Positions 7,901 to 13,851 of a stretch of 32,000 nucleotides of DNA are shown piece after piece (position 1 is the stretch's first letter; the number at the start of each line of letters is the position of its first letter). The stretch lies in NCBI RefSeq assembly GCF_018336915.1, contig NZ_CP064925.1, forward strand, positions 60,001 to 92,000, written 5' to 3'. The DNA is from Acaryochloris marina S15. GTDB lineage: Bacteria > Cyanobacteriota > Cyanobacteriia > Thermosynechococcales > Thermosynechococcaceae. The position numbers and the translations under genes are program-made. The notes under the pieces were generated by a model that worked only from the letters and a program-made list of their open reading frames with translations, made no database searches and was not told the origin of the DNA.

Positions 7901-8563
7901 GAAAACTCAGAGCTGATTCAAGAGATTTACAAAAAATGCAAACGTCGAAAGATATCCACAGCCCTACGCCGAAGAGTGGGACGACAAGGATCGATGGAGT
8001 TTGTAGCACGACTCGCCAAGCTGATTGGAGGCACCACCCAAGCTGAGCAGAGTTGGGTTAGGGATGAGAACCGGGGCAAACGCAGCTATCTCTTCCATCC
8101 CCCTGAGATAAATGAGGTCAAAACCGTCCTCTTGGCCTGTATTGACCAGCGATTAAATAAGTATTGCTCAGAATCTGCTGAAACCACTGATAGCAAAGGG
8201 GAAGAAGCGGCAACAGCTATAGCCCAAAATTGTATAGATATAAGGGATGTTGTAGCCAATGAAATGGATTTAGATCCATTGGATGATGTAGAGAGTGTTG
8301 CATCAGAGAATGAAGTGATTCCATTCCCCTTGAATTCCTCATCGGTTCCTATAGAAAGGGGAAATGTTGTCTGTAGGACGAGCGACGGCTCAAGGTTTCG
8401 GGTCAAGAGCATCACTGATGGGCGGGCTTGGTTGCAATGGTTGGATCAGTTCTCGCCCAAGGTAGATATCCTTGTACCGCTGGAAGAACTGGAATTGCTT
8501 CCCGGTCCTGGGATACGTGGGAGTTACAGGTCAACTGAGGAGTTCCCAGAGGCGATGGGTTGA
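4988..8563 (+). CDS. Large primase-helicase-type replication (or conjugative primase) protein: Cys-cluster + TOPRIM-like + P-loop helicase
   Basis: 1191-aa ORF. N-terminal Cys cluster CPICNGSRGKPDCRKS...YFCRG. TOPRIM-like acidic patch IVFYPDAGDISNPH...LIVAWWGQ. Walker A KSAMGTGKTEW and Walker B KVLVLDESLSVV at about residues 415-500. The architecture recalls the large CyRepA-type Rep proteins reported for cyanobacterial plasmids (from memory, not searched). Confidence 0.65.
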   Translation: MSSFHRYSNRNGNICPICNGSRGKPDCRKSFDPSDAEDSGIYFCRGTDTQSGYHFVGFDTNGFGMFVTETAQNAQSQDQWQKKNLERQARQEAERQAKLAKLLPTPERDRHFRRIATNAGLGSRHRQHLQEKRELTNEQIDIAIEQNLFWTWQDNAQVAGLPLNLPGINPSTGKLRKYYRGLAIAIPNVHGEIVGAQIKPDFGSNYFWVSSDSDKLDIPGAGPHLPNGEQPIAVHRISESSTVGLVDSVTFKPFLASQRLGISFIGAAGDNFASSPETLKETLDELAPETIVFYPDAGDISNPHITKAIEKTIALVEEWGYNLIVAWWGQVSYDDDCDIDELPLDQIDQIQYLTPTAYLQLAQAAIQDQWRIQQEKQARKTWDKSRQYTPTQIIDEQWFTANPQDLAEADIYALKSAMGTGKTEWLRQYFDSVDIGAVAIGHRNSLLLQSCERWPNFYHLHSDSAHQLVADPHSRIACCIDSLSRFENKDFEGKVLVLDESLSVVLHSLMSGTLIGRRDHCLAKLQSAIESAALVIPMDGNNSDVVVDYLAQLRGGGNVVKVLNTFQRKTLRIELLDKTYTSKGKAIDERSPVLQLALDTLVSLDQSPEHCARSIVLFSDSQRQCQIAEEIFEMRGYSTLRVDSKTSASTEVKDFLKDPDAYLEETQPRVLIYSPTAESGLSVGIKNYFYKGFGLFFGVLPISSMTQMMQRVRDLGEIAIWCRKYAFSEEYDGNRSPFPKRVRELMMDYIQADAIASMTGTDREAATQQWFQKLLQALDDPHLTTHNILAAALNYEQQHTWECLKAVLIEAGHHVAIIDKLQSDHLKAQSTEIRERILDTDAATIYDAKDITMEAAIRIKSRWSSSLDERWSCEKAFLQHRLPGIQLTEIWGPELIKELLFKNRTLIPSLERWWLLNHMDAAQERSRTRWEQLMEQEQSPFLPDIRSDFAMLQAMQDIGLLRLFEGETTLNENSELIQEIYKKCKRRKISTALRRRVGRQGSMEFVARLAKLIGGTTQAEQSWVRDENRGKRSYLFHPPEINEVKTVLLACIDQRLNKYCSESAETTDSKGEEAATAIAQNCIDIRDVVANEMDLDPLDDVESVASENEVIPFPLNSSSVPIERGNVVCRTSDGSRFRVKSITDGRAWLQWLDQFSPKVDILVPLEELELLPGPGIRGSYRSTEEFPEAMG

Positions 8564-9027
8564 TTCTGGGTGATGGGTGATTTGGTATCAAGTGATATGA
8601 AATATCGGTAGATACTGGAGCTTCAATATTATTTTAAAAATTGGATAATCAGTCATGCATTTTTATGACCTAAAACAATAGCAATTCGCTTTTATTTCAC
8701 AGTTGATATAGTTGCCTATCCAGGCTAGAGAGTACAGTTTCTGGATAGAGTGTTTAGATGCCAGGGAATCCTGAAGTCTAATTATAGAAGTACTTCTGTG
8801 GTTTATTCCTTGCCAGTTAACTTGTTCGGAGTTGAGAACTATTGCTATTTGTAACGTTCAGCTTTGACTTCGCTCATTAGTTAGGGTTACAGTACAGCCA
8901 AGTGATTGAAGCGAATGTTTTCGCACCCAAGTTTACTCTTTTTGTATTTCTGCCACTGCCTACAAGAAACAGCAAAGGTCTAGCCTTTGCCTAGTCTATT
9001 TTTAAAAGCCAATTCTAACGGGAATCC

Positions 9028-9056
9028 TTGACAGGAGTTCTGCCCTTTTCTGTAAT
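9028..9056 (+). promoter_or_regulatory. Near-consensus sigma70 promoter (TTGACA-17 nt-TGTAAT) heading the long plus-strand array
   Basis: TTGACA at 9028-9033, a 17-nt spacer, then TGTAAT at 9051-9056. It sits ~100 nt upstream of the 9159 start at the end of a 595-bp ORF-free region. Confidence 0.5.
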
Positions 9057-9158
9057 GCACAGAAATATTCTCTAGTTAAATTTGCAAACCACGGCCTGCC
9101 CAAAGTACCACCTAAAGCCAAGCCGTGATCCTCGACTCCTAGAACAGGAGCATCTTCT

Positions 9159-9596
9159 ATGTTAGCCACTAATAAAAAATCAGGGAAATCCCCTGGAAAC
9201 GACAGCGACCTTCAAAGCTCTGATCAGCCTGATCCACAGGTGATTCAGGAGTATCGAGAAATTTATCTCCAGATTGCTTGGAAGGTTCAAGACTTGTTAT
9301 CGATGCCCGTTATCTATACCTATGACAAGCTTTATAGGCTCGGTAGCGATCACCCGAAGTTAAGCGAACGAATTGATGCTTTGGTGAGCTATGAGCTGCG
9401 GCTGTGTGGGTACTCCAAAGACGATCAGATCAACATTCTGCTTTACGGTCCCTACATTCAAGCGCAGATGCTGGACCACTGTCTGTCTGAGAGCGGTGCT
9501 AGGGGCTACATTCGTCAGCGATTAGCCATTGCCCCGTCAGCTCCCTCACCTCTGAAGTTAGTCCAAACTGAATCAACTCCCACAACTGCCGCATAG
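9159..9596 (+). CDS. Hypothetical protein (145 aa)
   Basis: ORF with AGGAG upstream of the ATG. First gene after the promoter. No family recognised. Confidence 0.6.
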   Translation: MLATNKKSGKSPGNDSDLQSSDQPDPQVIQEYREIYLQIAWKVQDLLSMPVIYTYDKLYRLGSDHPKLSERIDALVSYELRLCGYSKDDQINILLYGPYIQAQMLDHCLSESGARGYIRQRLAIAPSAPSPLKLVQTESTPTTAA

Positions 9597-9685
9597 TTCG
9601 ATTTGTTAACTGGGGGCATCTGGCCTCTGAAAATTCAGCATCAATTCAATATCAAAGCCGCATTCACGCCACAAGGAGACTGAGA

Positions 9686-10930
9686 ATGCAGACTGCAATA
9701 CAAAAAATTGGAGACGCCCATCTCCTCGTCACCCCAGACGGTAAGCCCGTGCCTCACAAGGATGCAGAGCAACCTACGTTTCATGTTCAACCTCAGCTTT
9801 TTAATCCTTACTCAGACATCAACTTGAGTGATATTTCCCTAGTTGAAGTTACTCTAGCTCCCCATGATTCAACTCAACCTGTCTCAGTCTTGCCCAAAGA
9901 CGTGACGGTTCGACAGCCTTACCCCAACGAGAACTATTACGTTGCGGGAACGGCTGAGCGGAAGATGGGCTGGGATATCCTTCTTGATTTGGATGCGCCT
10001 CCGAAATGGTTGGATTTGACCTGGGAGGTGCAAATGCCTCCAGACTCAAGCCACCCAGTTTTAACGATTTATCATCGATTCACTTTGGATTTTGTCCTCA
10101 CCCAACAAGGCCAGGTGTTCTCAATGGATCAGGCCAATACTTTTTACGATCCGAATGCCCGCACCATCAGCTTCATTAGTCTCAATCATATAGACGACAG
10201 CTTTACCAAGGGCGATAAGTCCTTTAAGTCCTATCGGATGGATTACCCGTATGGACTAGCGTTCTACCAGACCTTAATTTTAAACTCATGCGCCTGGTCA
10301 GACCTTGTTAGTACTGGAATTGAGGACACGCTTCTAGAGCGAGATATTGAGCCTGCTGCTGAGTTCAAAACTTACACAGAAGCCCACCATAATAATGCCT
10401 GTTGTGAGATACCAGCGGACGTCTTATATCGAGCAATCCAGCTTGCACGAGAAATATCTGTCGGGGAAGATTCACCCTACTACTGGAACTCAGAAGCGCA
10501 CCCTGCGATGCAGTATATCTGCGACTGGTGGAATCAGAATGCTCCCATTTCAGAGAGTCGGATCGCTGCCCAGATGCAAATCGATGTTCGGATCGCGGAT
10601 GACAATTCTTATGTCAGTGGCATGGATGAAAAGCCACCGTGGTCAATTGATGGGGAGTGGCGGGCGAAGTCTAGGAATGCTTGTGCCCGATGGAATGAGT
10701 ACGTTTTGATCCATTTCGCTCAAACCAAGACTGCAAATATCTACTGGGATAGTTCTTTTCTGGTTCCTGATGTAGTGGGCGAACACTTTAATAGTGGTGA
10801 TGGCGTTGCTGCTGAAGAAGCCAAGACCTGGGACTTTGCTGAGTACGGTTTGAATGCTCTCAAGTATTTCCCCGAACGCTTCCCCTTCGCCTGGGAAAAG
10901 TTACAAGCCGCAATTCACACCCCTGTATAA
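9686..10930 (+). CDS. Hypothetical protein (414 aa), acidic and Trp-rich
   Basis: ORF with AAGGAG 8 nt upstream of the ATG. No signal peptide, TM segment or catalytic motif that I can recognise. Confidence 0.7.
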   Translation: MQTAIQKIGDAHLLVTPDGKPVPHKDAEQPTFHVQPQLFNPYSDINLSDISLVEVTLAPHDSTQPVSVLPKDVTVRQPYPNENYYVAGTAERKMGWDILLDLDAPPKWLDLTWEVQMPPDSSHPVLTIYHRFTLDFVLTQQGQVFSMDQANTFYDPNARTISFISLNHIDDSFTKGDKSFKSYRMDYPYGLAFYQTLILNSCAWSDLVSTGIEDTLLERDIEPAAEFKTYTEAHHNNACCEIPADVLYRAIQLAREISVGEDSPYYWNSEAHPAMQYICDWWNQNAPISESRIAAQMQIDVRIADDNSYVSGMDEKPPWSIDGEWRAKSRNACARWNEYVLIHFAQTKTANIYWDSSFLVPDVVGEHFNSGDGVAAEEAKTWDFAEYGLNALKYFPERFPFAWEKLQAAIHTPV

Positions 10931-10966
10931 AGTCCACTCTCTTCAGCCTTGCACGGAGGATGAGCC

Positions 10967-11146
10967 ATGACTGATAAGAACTCTTCAGAAAATATTTTTA
11001 AGCTGAACCAAATTCCGAGTCACACCCAGATATTGGGCGAAACGGGCGGTGGCAAGTCAGTTCTTGTAGCCTCAAAACTGCTCGATGAACGTTCTAAAAC
11101 GCCTAGCCACCTAAAGATTAACTTCCATCCCAAACCCTCTTACTAA
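10967..11146 (+). CDS. 59-aa ORF carrying only a Walker-A P-loop (HTQILGETGGGKSVLV); mini-protein or ATPase gene remnant
   Basis: Below the ORF-track cutoff. GGAGGA at 10955-10960, ATG at 10967, TAA at 11144-11146. Translation: MTDKNSSENIFKLNQIPSHTQILGETGGGKSVLVASKLLDERSKTPSHLKINFHPKPSY. Confidence 0.4.
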   Translation: MTDKNSSENIFKLNQIPSHTQILGETGGGKSVLVASKLLDERSKTPSHLKINFHPKPSY

Positions 11147-11177
11147 TTGCAGTCACCTTCTTCAGGAGGTTGGACCT

Positions 11178-13256
11178 ATGACCGCTACGATTGCTAATTC
11201 TGCTTCAGACGGTATCTTTTTACCCGAATACCTTGCTCAGTTCTTGGGCCGTTTCCCCATCCCCGATCCAGAGCAAGAGTTGGAGCTGATCCAAAAAGCT
11301 AAACGAGGACATGAAAACTCTCTGTCATGCCTGATGCTGGGGCATATTCGTTTAGTGTCCAAACTTGCCAATCGATATGCCCCGACCCTTGAGGACGGCC
11401 AAGACCTCTTGCAAGAAGGGATGATGGGCATTCGTCGTGCAGTTGAGAAATTTGACCCTACCAAAGGATATAAATTCTCTACCTATGCGCGGGGCTGGAT
11501 TCGCGGATATATCCGTAGATTTTGCTATAAAAACAGACCCAAGCAACTGAGATTACCTGAGAAGAAACAGATTCATCTAGATAAGGTATATGAATTCCAA
11601 AATCAGTTTCCTGATGCCAGCCTGGAAGAGATTGCCCAAAAAACCAATCTAAAGCTGGAATATATCGAAGATTTACTCTATTGGGGCCGTTCATTCCAAG
11701 AAATCACAGACTGGTATGAGTTTACGATTGATGATGCGTCTTTTTATGCAGATGACGATGAGTTCTTTGATTTCGAGATTGAACCTGAGACAAAGACAAA
11801 TCTCGTCCTAATCCAAGCACCTCCACTTTTTATCCCACCGAAATATCAAATCCCTGTCCATCTCCTCAAGCAGTGGTTCCGGGTTGGCATGGCGCAGTTC
11901 GTAAATGCAGCCAAAGGCCAAGTGAAAGCCGCTCGACTGGGATTATCTCAAAGTTTCAGCAGTTACTCTCAACCAACCTCACCAGAAGTAGACCAAGAGC
12001 GAGTAAACCTCAGCACTTGGCCTGCTTCTCTTTCTATTTCTTATCAAAACAACATTCAGCATTTTTCATCTTCCCAGCATCTTTCCCAAACTCCCCCCGC
12101 TACAGAGTTTCTTCCTGCCAAAGCCGTCAACTTAGTCAAAGGAGCTATTGCCCATGCTCAGAAATCTCTTTTGGTTCTTCGTGGGTGTCGCAGTGACGGG
12201 CCTGCTGATCGACCGAGGTATCAATCTCCCTCAGCGGATCAGCGATGCCGTGGACTGGGAGAGCCTGGAACGACTAGGGGAAGACATCTGGGATTCTGCC
12301 AAGCAGTAACCGAGTTTATCCACAGACCATTAGCAACGATATCTCAAAGCATTCGAGGATTTCCATCACGGGCTGGCCCTGACTCCAGCCAACAACCACA
12401 ACGAGGGGCTGTCTTTGATAACAATCCCCCTCCCCAGCAGACAAACTTGCCAAGGACAACCACTATGTACAAGACTATTGCCGCCATGATCGCGGCCTGG
12501 TTGGGGCTGCTCATCTCCCCAGCTACAGCGGAAACCATCAAGATAGCGCCGGGTCATGGTCACTTAATTGACCTCACCTCCAGCGGGTGCCGAGTCTCTA
12601 AAGCCTATATGGGCACGAGGGGCATCTTTGACCTGAGCTTGGATCTGCCCCAACCCCAGACCCAGAAGATTTACCTAACCTGGAAACCCAACGCCCAGGT
12701 GAAATCGACCAACTTGATTCTAGATTTAGTGGGCTGCAATCGCTCCTCAATGGAGTTAACCCTCAATCGGTCTGACAGTGCCCCCAGGACTGCCATCACT
12801 CGGATTGGAGCGCCCACCCCCATTGCTCACACCCCTGAGCAATCGCGAGTTCTCACAGGTCGCCAGGGTCAGCCCCCTGTGAGAACTCGCTTCCCTCAAA
12901 CCGTGGCATCAGGCCAACCTTTGACCTTGAAGCCTAGAACCAAAGCCCCACCTAGACCCAAAACGGTTAAACGTCCTCCTGTGCGGCGAGTTCGTCTCAC
13001 CCCGAAGGCAAAGCCCGTTCCCGTGGCTAAAAACAATGTGTCCGATAGTAGCATCACCCCAGCGACTCTTTTGAAGGGGCTAAACGTCGCTAGAGCGTCA
13101 GGCAACCAGACATATCGCTATCGCTCAGAAATGCACTGGCGAGTCAACGGCATGATTCGCCAGATGCGTTGGGGGAAGTCTCCTGAAGACGCAGCAAAGC
13201 TAGCCAACGTATCCCCTGACCAGCTCCAGACCTTGATTGATTACGCCCAGCAATAA
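11178..13256 (+). CDS. Sigma-70-family protein (regions 2-3 clear, region 4 doubtful) at the head of a 692-codon stop-free frame; probably composite with the downstream gene(s)
   Basis: AGGAGG 9 nt upstream. The N-terminal ~200 aa match sigma-70 region 2/3 by eye: ELELIQKAKRGHENS...GHIRLVSKLANRY...DLLQEGMMGIRRAVEKFDPTKGYKFSTYARGWIRGYIRR, then LRLPEKK...LEEIAQKTNLKLEYIEDLL. The frame then crosses S/Q/P/R-rich sequence with AT-rich third positions and continues in frame into a signal-peptide protein starting at 12465. Confidence 0.6.
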   Translation: MTATIANSASDGIFLPEYLAQFLGRFPIPDPEQELELIQKAKRGHENSLSCLMLGHIRLVSKLANRYAPTLEDGQDLLQEGMMGIRRAVEKFDPTKGYKFSTYARGWIRGYIRRFCYKNRPKQLRLPEKKQIHLDKVYEFQNQFPDASLEEIAQKTNLKLEYIEDLLYWGRSFQEITDWYEFTIDDASFYADDDEFFDFEIEPETKTNLVLIQAPPLFIPPKYQIPVHLLKQWFRVGMAQFVNAAKGQVKAARLGLSQSFSSYSQPTSPEVDQERVNLSTWPASLSISYQNNIQHFSSSQHLSQTPPATEFLPAKAVNLVKGAIAHAQKSLLVLRGCRSDGPADRPRYQSPSADQRCRGLGEPGTTRGRHLGFCQAVTEFIHRPLATISQSIRGFPSRAGPDSSQQPQRGAVFDNNPPPQQTNLPRTTTMYKTIAAMIAAWLGLLISPATAETIKIAPGHGHLIDLTSSGCRVSKAYMGTRGIFDLSLDLPQPQTQKIYLTWKPNAQVKSTNLILDLVGCNRSSMELTLNRSDSAPRTAITRIGAPTPIAHTPEQSRVLTGRQGQPPVRTRFPQTVASGQPLTLKPRTKAPPRPKTVKRPPVRRVRLTPKAKPVPVAKNNVSDSSITPATLLKGLNVARASGNQTYRYRSEMHWRVNGMIRQMRWGKSPEDAAKLANVSPDQLQTLIDYAQQ
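12154..12309 (+). CDS. Candidate 51-aa single-TM micro-protein, out of frame inside the long sigma ORF
   Basis: GGAG at 12141-12144, ATG at 12154, TAA at 12307-12309. Translation: MLRNLFWFFVGVAVTGLLIDRGINLPQRISDAVDWESLERLGEDIWDSAKQ. Third codon positions are G/C-rich like the neighbouring T4SS genes, whereas the overlapping long frame has A/T-rich third positions here. Confidence 0.35.
   Translation: MLRNLFWFFVGVAVTGLLIDRGINLPQRISDAVDWESLERLGEDIWDSAKQ
12465..13256 (+). CDS. Secreted protein from an internal in-frame ATG; VirB9/TrbG-like N-terminal domain, Pro/Lys-rich linker, helical C-terminus
   Basis: MYKTIAAMIAAWLGLLISPATA|ETIK is a good Sec signal peptide. HLIDLTSSGCRVSKAYMGTRG...KIYLTWKPNAQVKSTNLILDLVGCNRSSMELTL resembles by eye the VirB9/CagX N-domain pattern (t.I.l..e.I..v..GD...lflKP......TNL.v.T...Y.f.L). 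Third positions are G/C-rich. Confidence 0.45.
   Translation: MYKTIAAMIAAWLGLLISPATAETIKIAPGHGHLIDLTSSGCRVSKAYMGTRGIFDLSLDLPQPQTQKIYLTWKPNAQVKSTNLILDLVGCNRSSMELTLNRSDSAPRTAITRIGAPTPIAHTPEQSRVLTGRQGQPPVRTRFPQTVASGQPLTLKPRTKAPPRPKTVKRPPVRRVRLTPKAKPVPVAKNNVSDSSITPATLLKGLNVARASGNQTYRYRSEMHWRVNGMIRQMRWGKSPEDAAKLANVSPDQLQTLIDYAQQ
12845..12890. repeat. Perfect 15-bp inverted repeat with a 16-nt loop, inside coding sequence
   Basis: 12845-12859 gcgagttctcacagg and 12876-12890 cctgtgagaactcgc are exact reverse complements. The loop is tcgccagggtcagccc. Confidence 0.9.
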
Positions 13257-13291
13257 CACCTTTTCCCAATGACCCATCAGAGGCAATTGCC

Positions 13292-13423
13292 ATGAGACTC
13301 CTTAGAACCTGTTATCACCGCCTTGATCGCTTTCCTTGGTGGTCAAGCCAACTCTTCCTCGTCAGCATCGGGATGGGGTGGGCTTACCTGGCATTGTTTG
13401 GGCAGGCATTATTCAGTTTTTGA
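13292..13423 (+). CDS. Candidate 43-aa hydrophobic ORF immediately upstream of, or frameshift-joined to, the pilin-like gene
   Basis: AGAGG 8 nt upstream, ATG at 13292, TGA at 13421-13423. Translation: MRLLRTCYHRLDRFPWWSSQLFLVSIGMGWAYLALFGQALFSF. Ends in AGT TTT TGA within a T5 run. Confidence 0.3.
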   Translation: MRLLRTCYHRLDRFPWWSSQLFLVSIGMGWAYLALFGQALFSF

Positions 13424-13841
13424 TGCTGCTATCGGGACTGCTGTGGAAGCGATTAGTGGGGTCACCCCCAGTGCATTATCTGCTAGGTGCCTGGGCCTTA
13501 TTCTCAGCATCCTCATCCATAACTCTGCCTTTGCCCAGAACATCACCATCACCGAAGCGGCCTGTGTCGAGATTGGCCCCATTAAAGGTGCAGCCTCCAC
13601 CATCAAACAATTACTGGGACAAGTCACCGTGGGGTCCATCAACTTCGCGGGGATGACCTGTGTGATCATCGGGGCCATCGTTGCCTTTGTCTTCGTGACT
13701 GCCGTGGCCTATGGAGGCAACGCTATTTTCCAGCATAACCATAACGGCACGGGGTATCACGAGATGCTGCGGCCTTGGATCGCCATCTTGATCTTTGCCG
13801 CCTTTCTAACGATGGCAGCATTCATGTTCTTTGGCGTATAG
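13323..13841 (+). CDS. VirB2/TrbC-like T4SS pilin candidate (start codon uncertain)
   Basis: The leader ends LGLILSILIHNSAFA|QN. The ~100-aa mature part has two hydrophobic helices (GMTCVIIGAIVAFVFVTAVAY and WIAILIFAAFLTMAAFMFFGV) separated by a short polar loop, which is the topology of VirB2/TrbC pilins. It sits directly upstream of VirB3-VirB4. There is no in-frame ATG before the leader; the track start is TTG, and GTG at the VEAISG codon is an alternative. Confidence 0.5.
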   Translation: MIAFLGGQANSSSSASGWGGLTWHCLGRHYSVFDAAIGTAVEAISGVTPSALSARCLGLILSILIHNSAFAQNITITEAACVEIGPIKGAASTIKQLLGQVTVGSINFAGMTCVIIGAIVAFVFVTAVAYGGNAIFQHNHNGTGYHEMLRPWIAILIFAAFLTMAAFMFFGV

Positions 13842-13851
13842 GAGAAATCTG

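Noticed and set aside
11873-12196. 107-aa plus-strand ORF in a third frame inside the sigma/VirB9 long frame
   Set aside because: The translation is Ser/Arg/Phe-rich with no start context or motif. It probably reflects the stop-poor, T-rich linker region. It is noted only because three frames are simultaneously open here.
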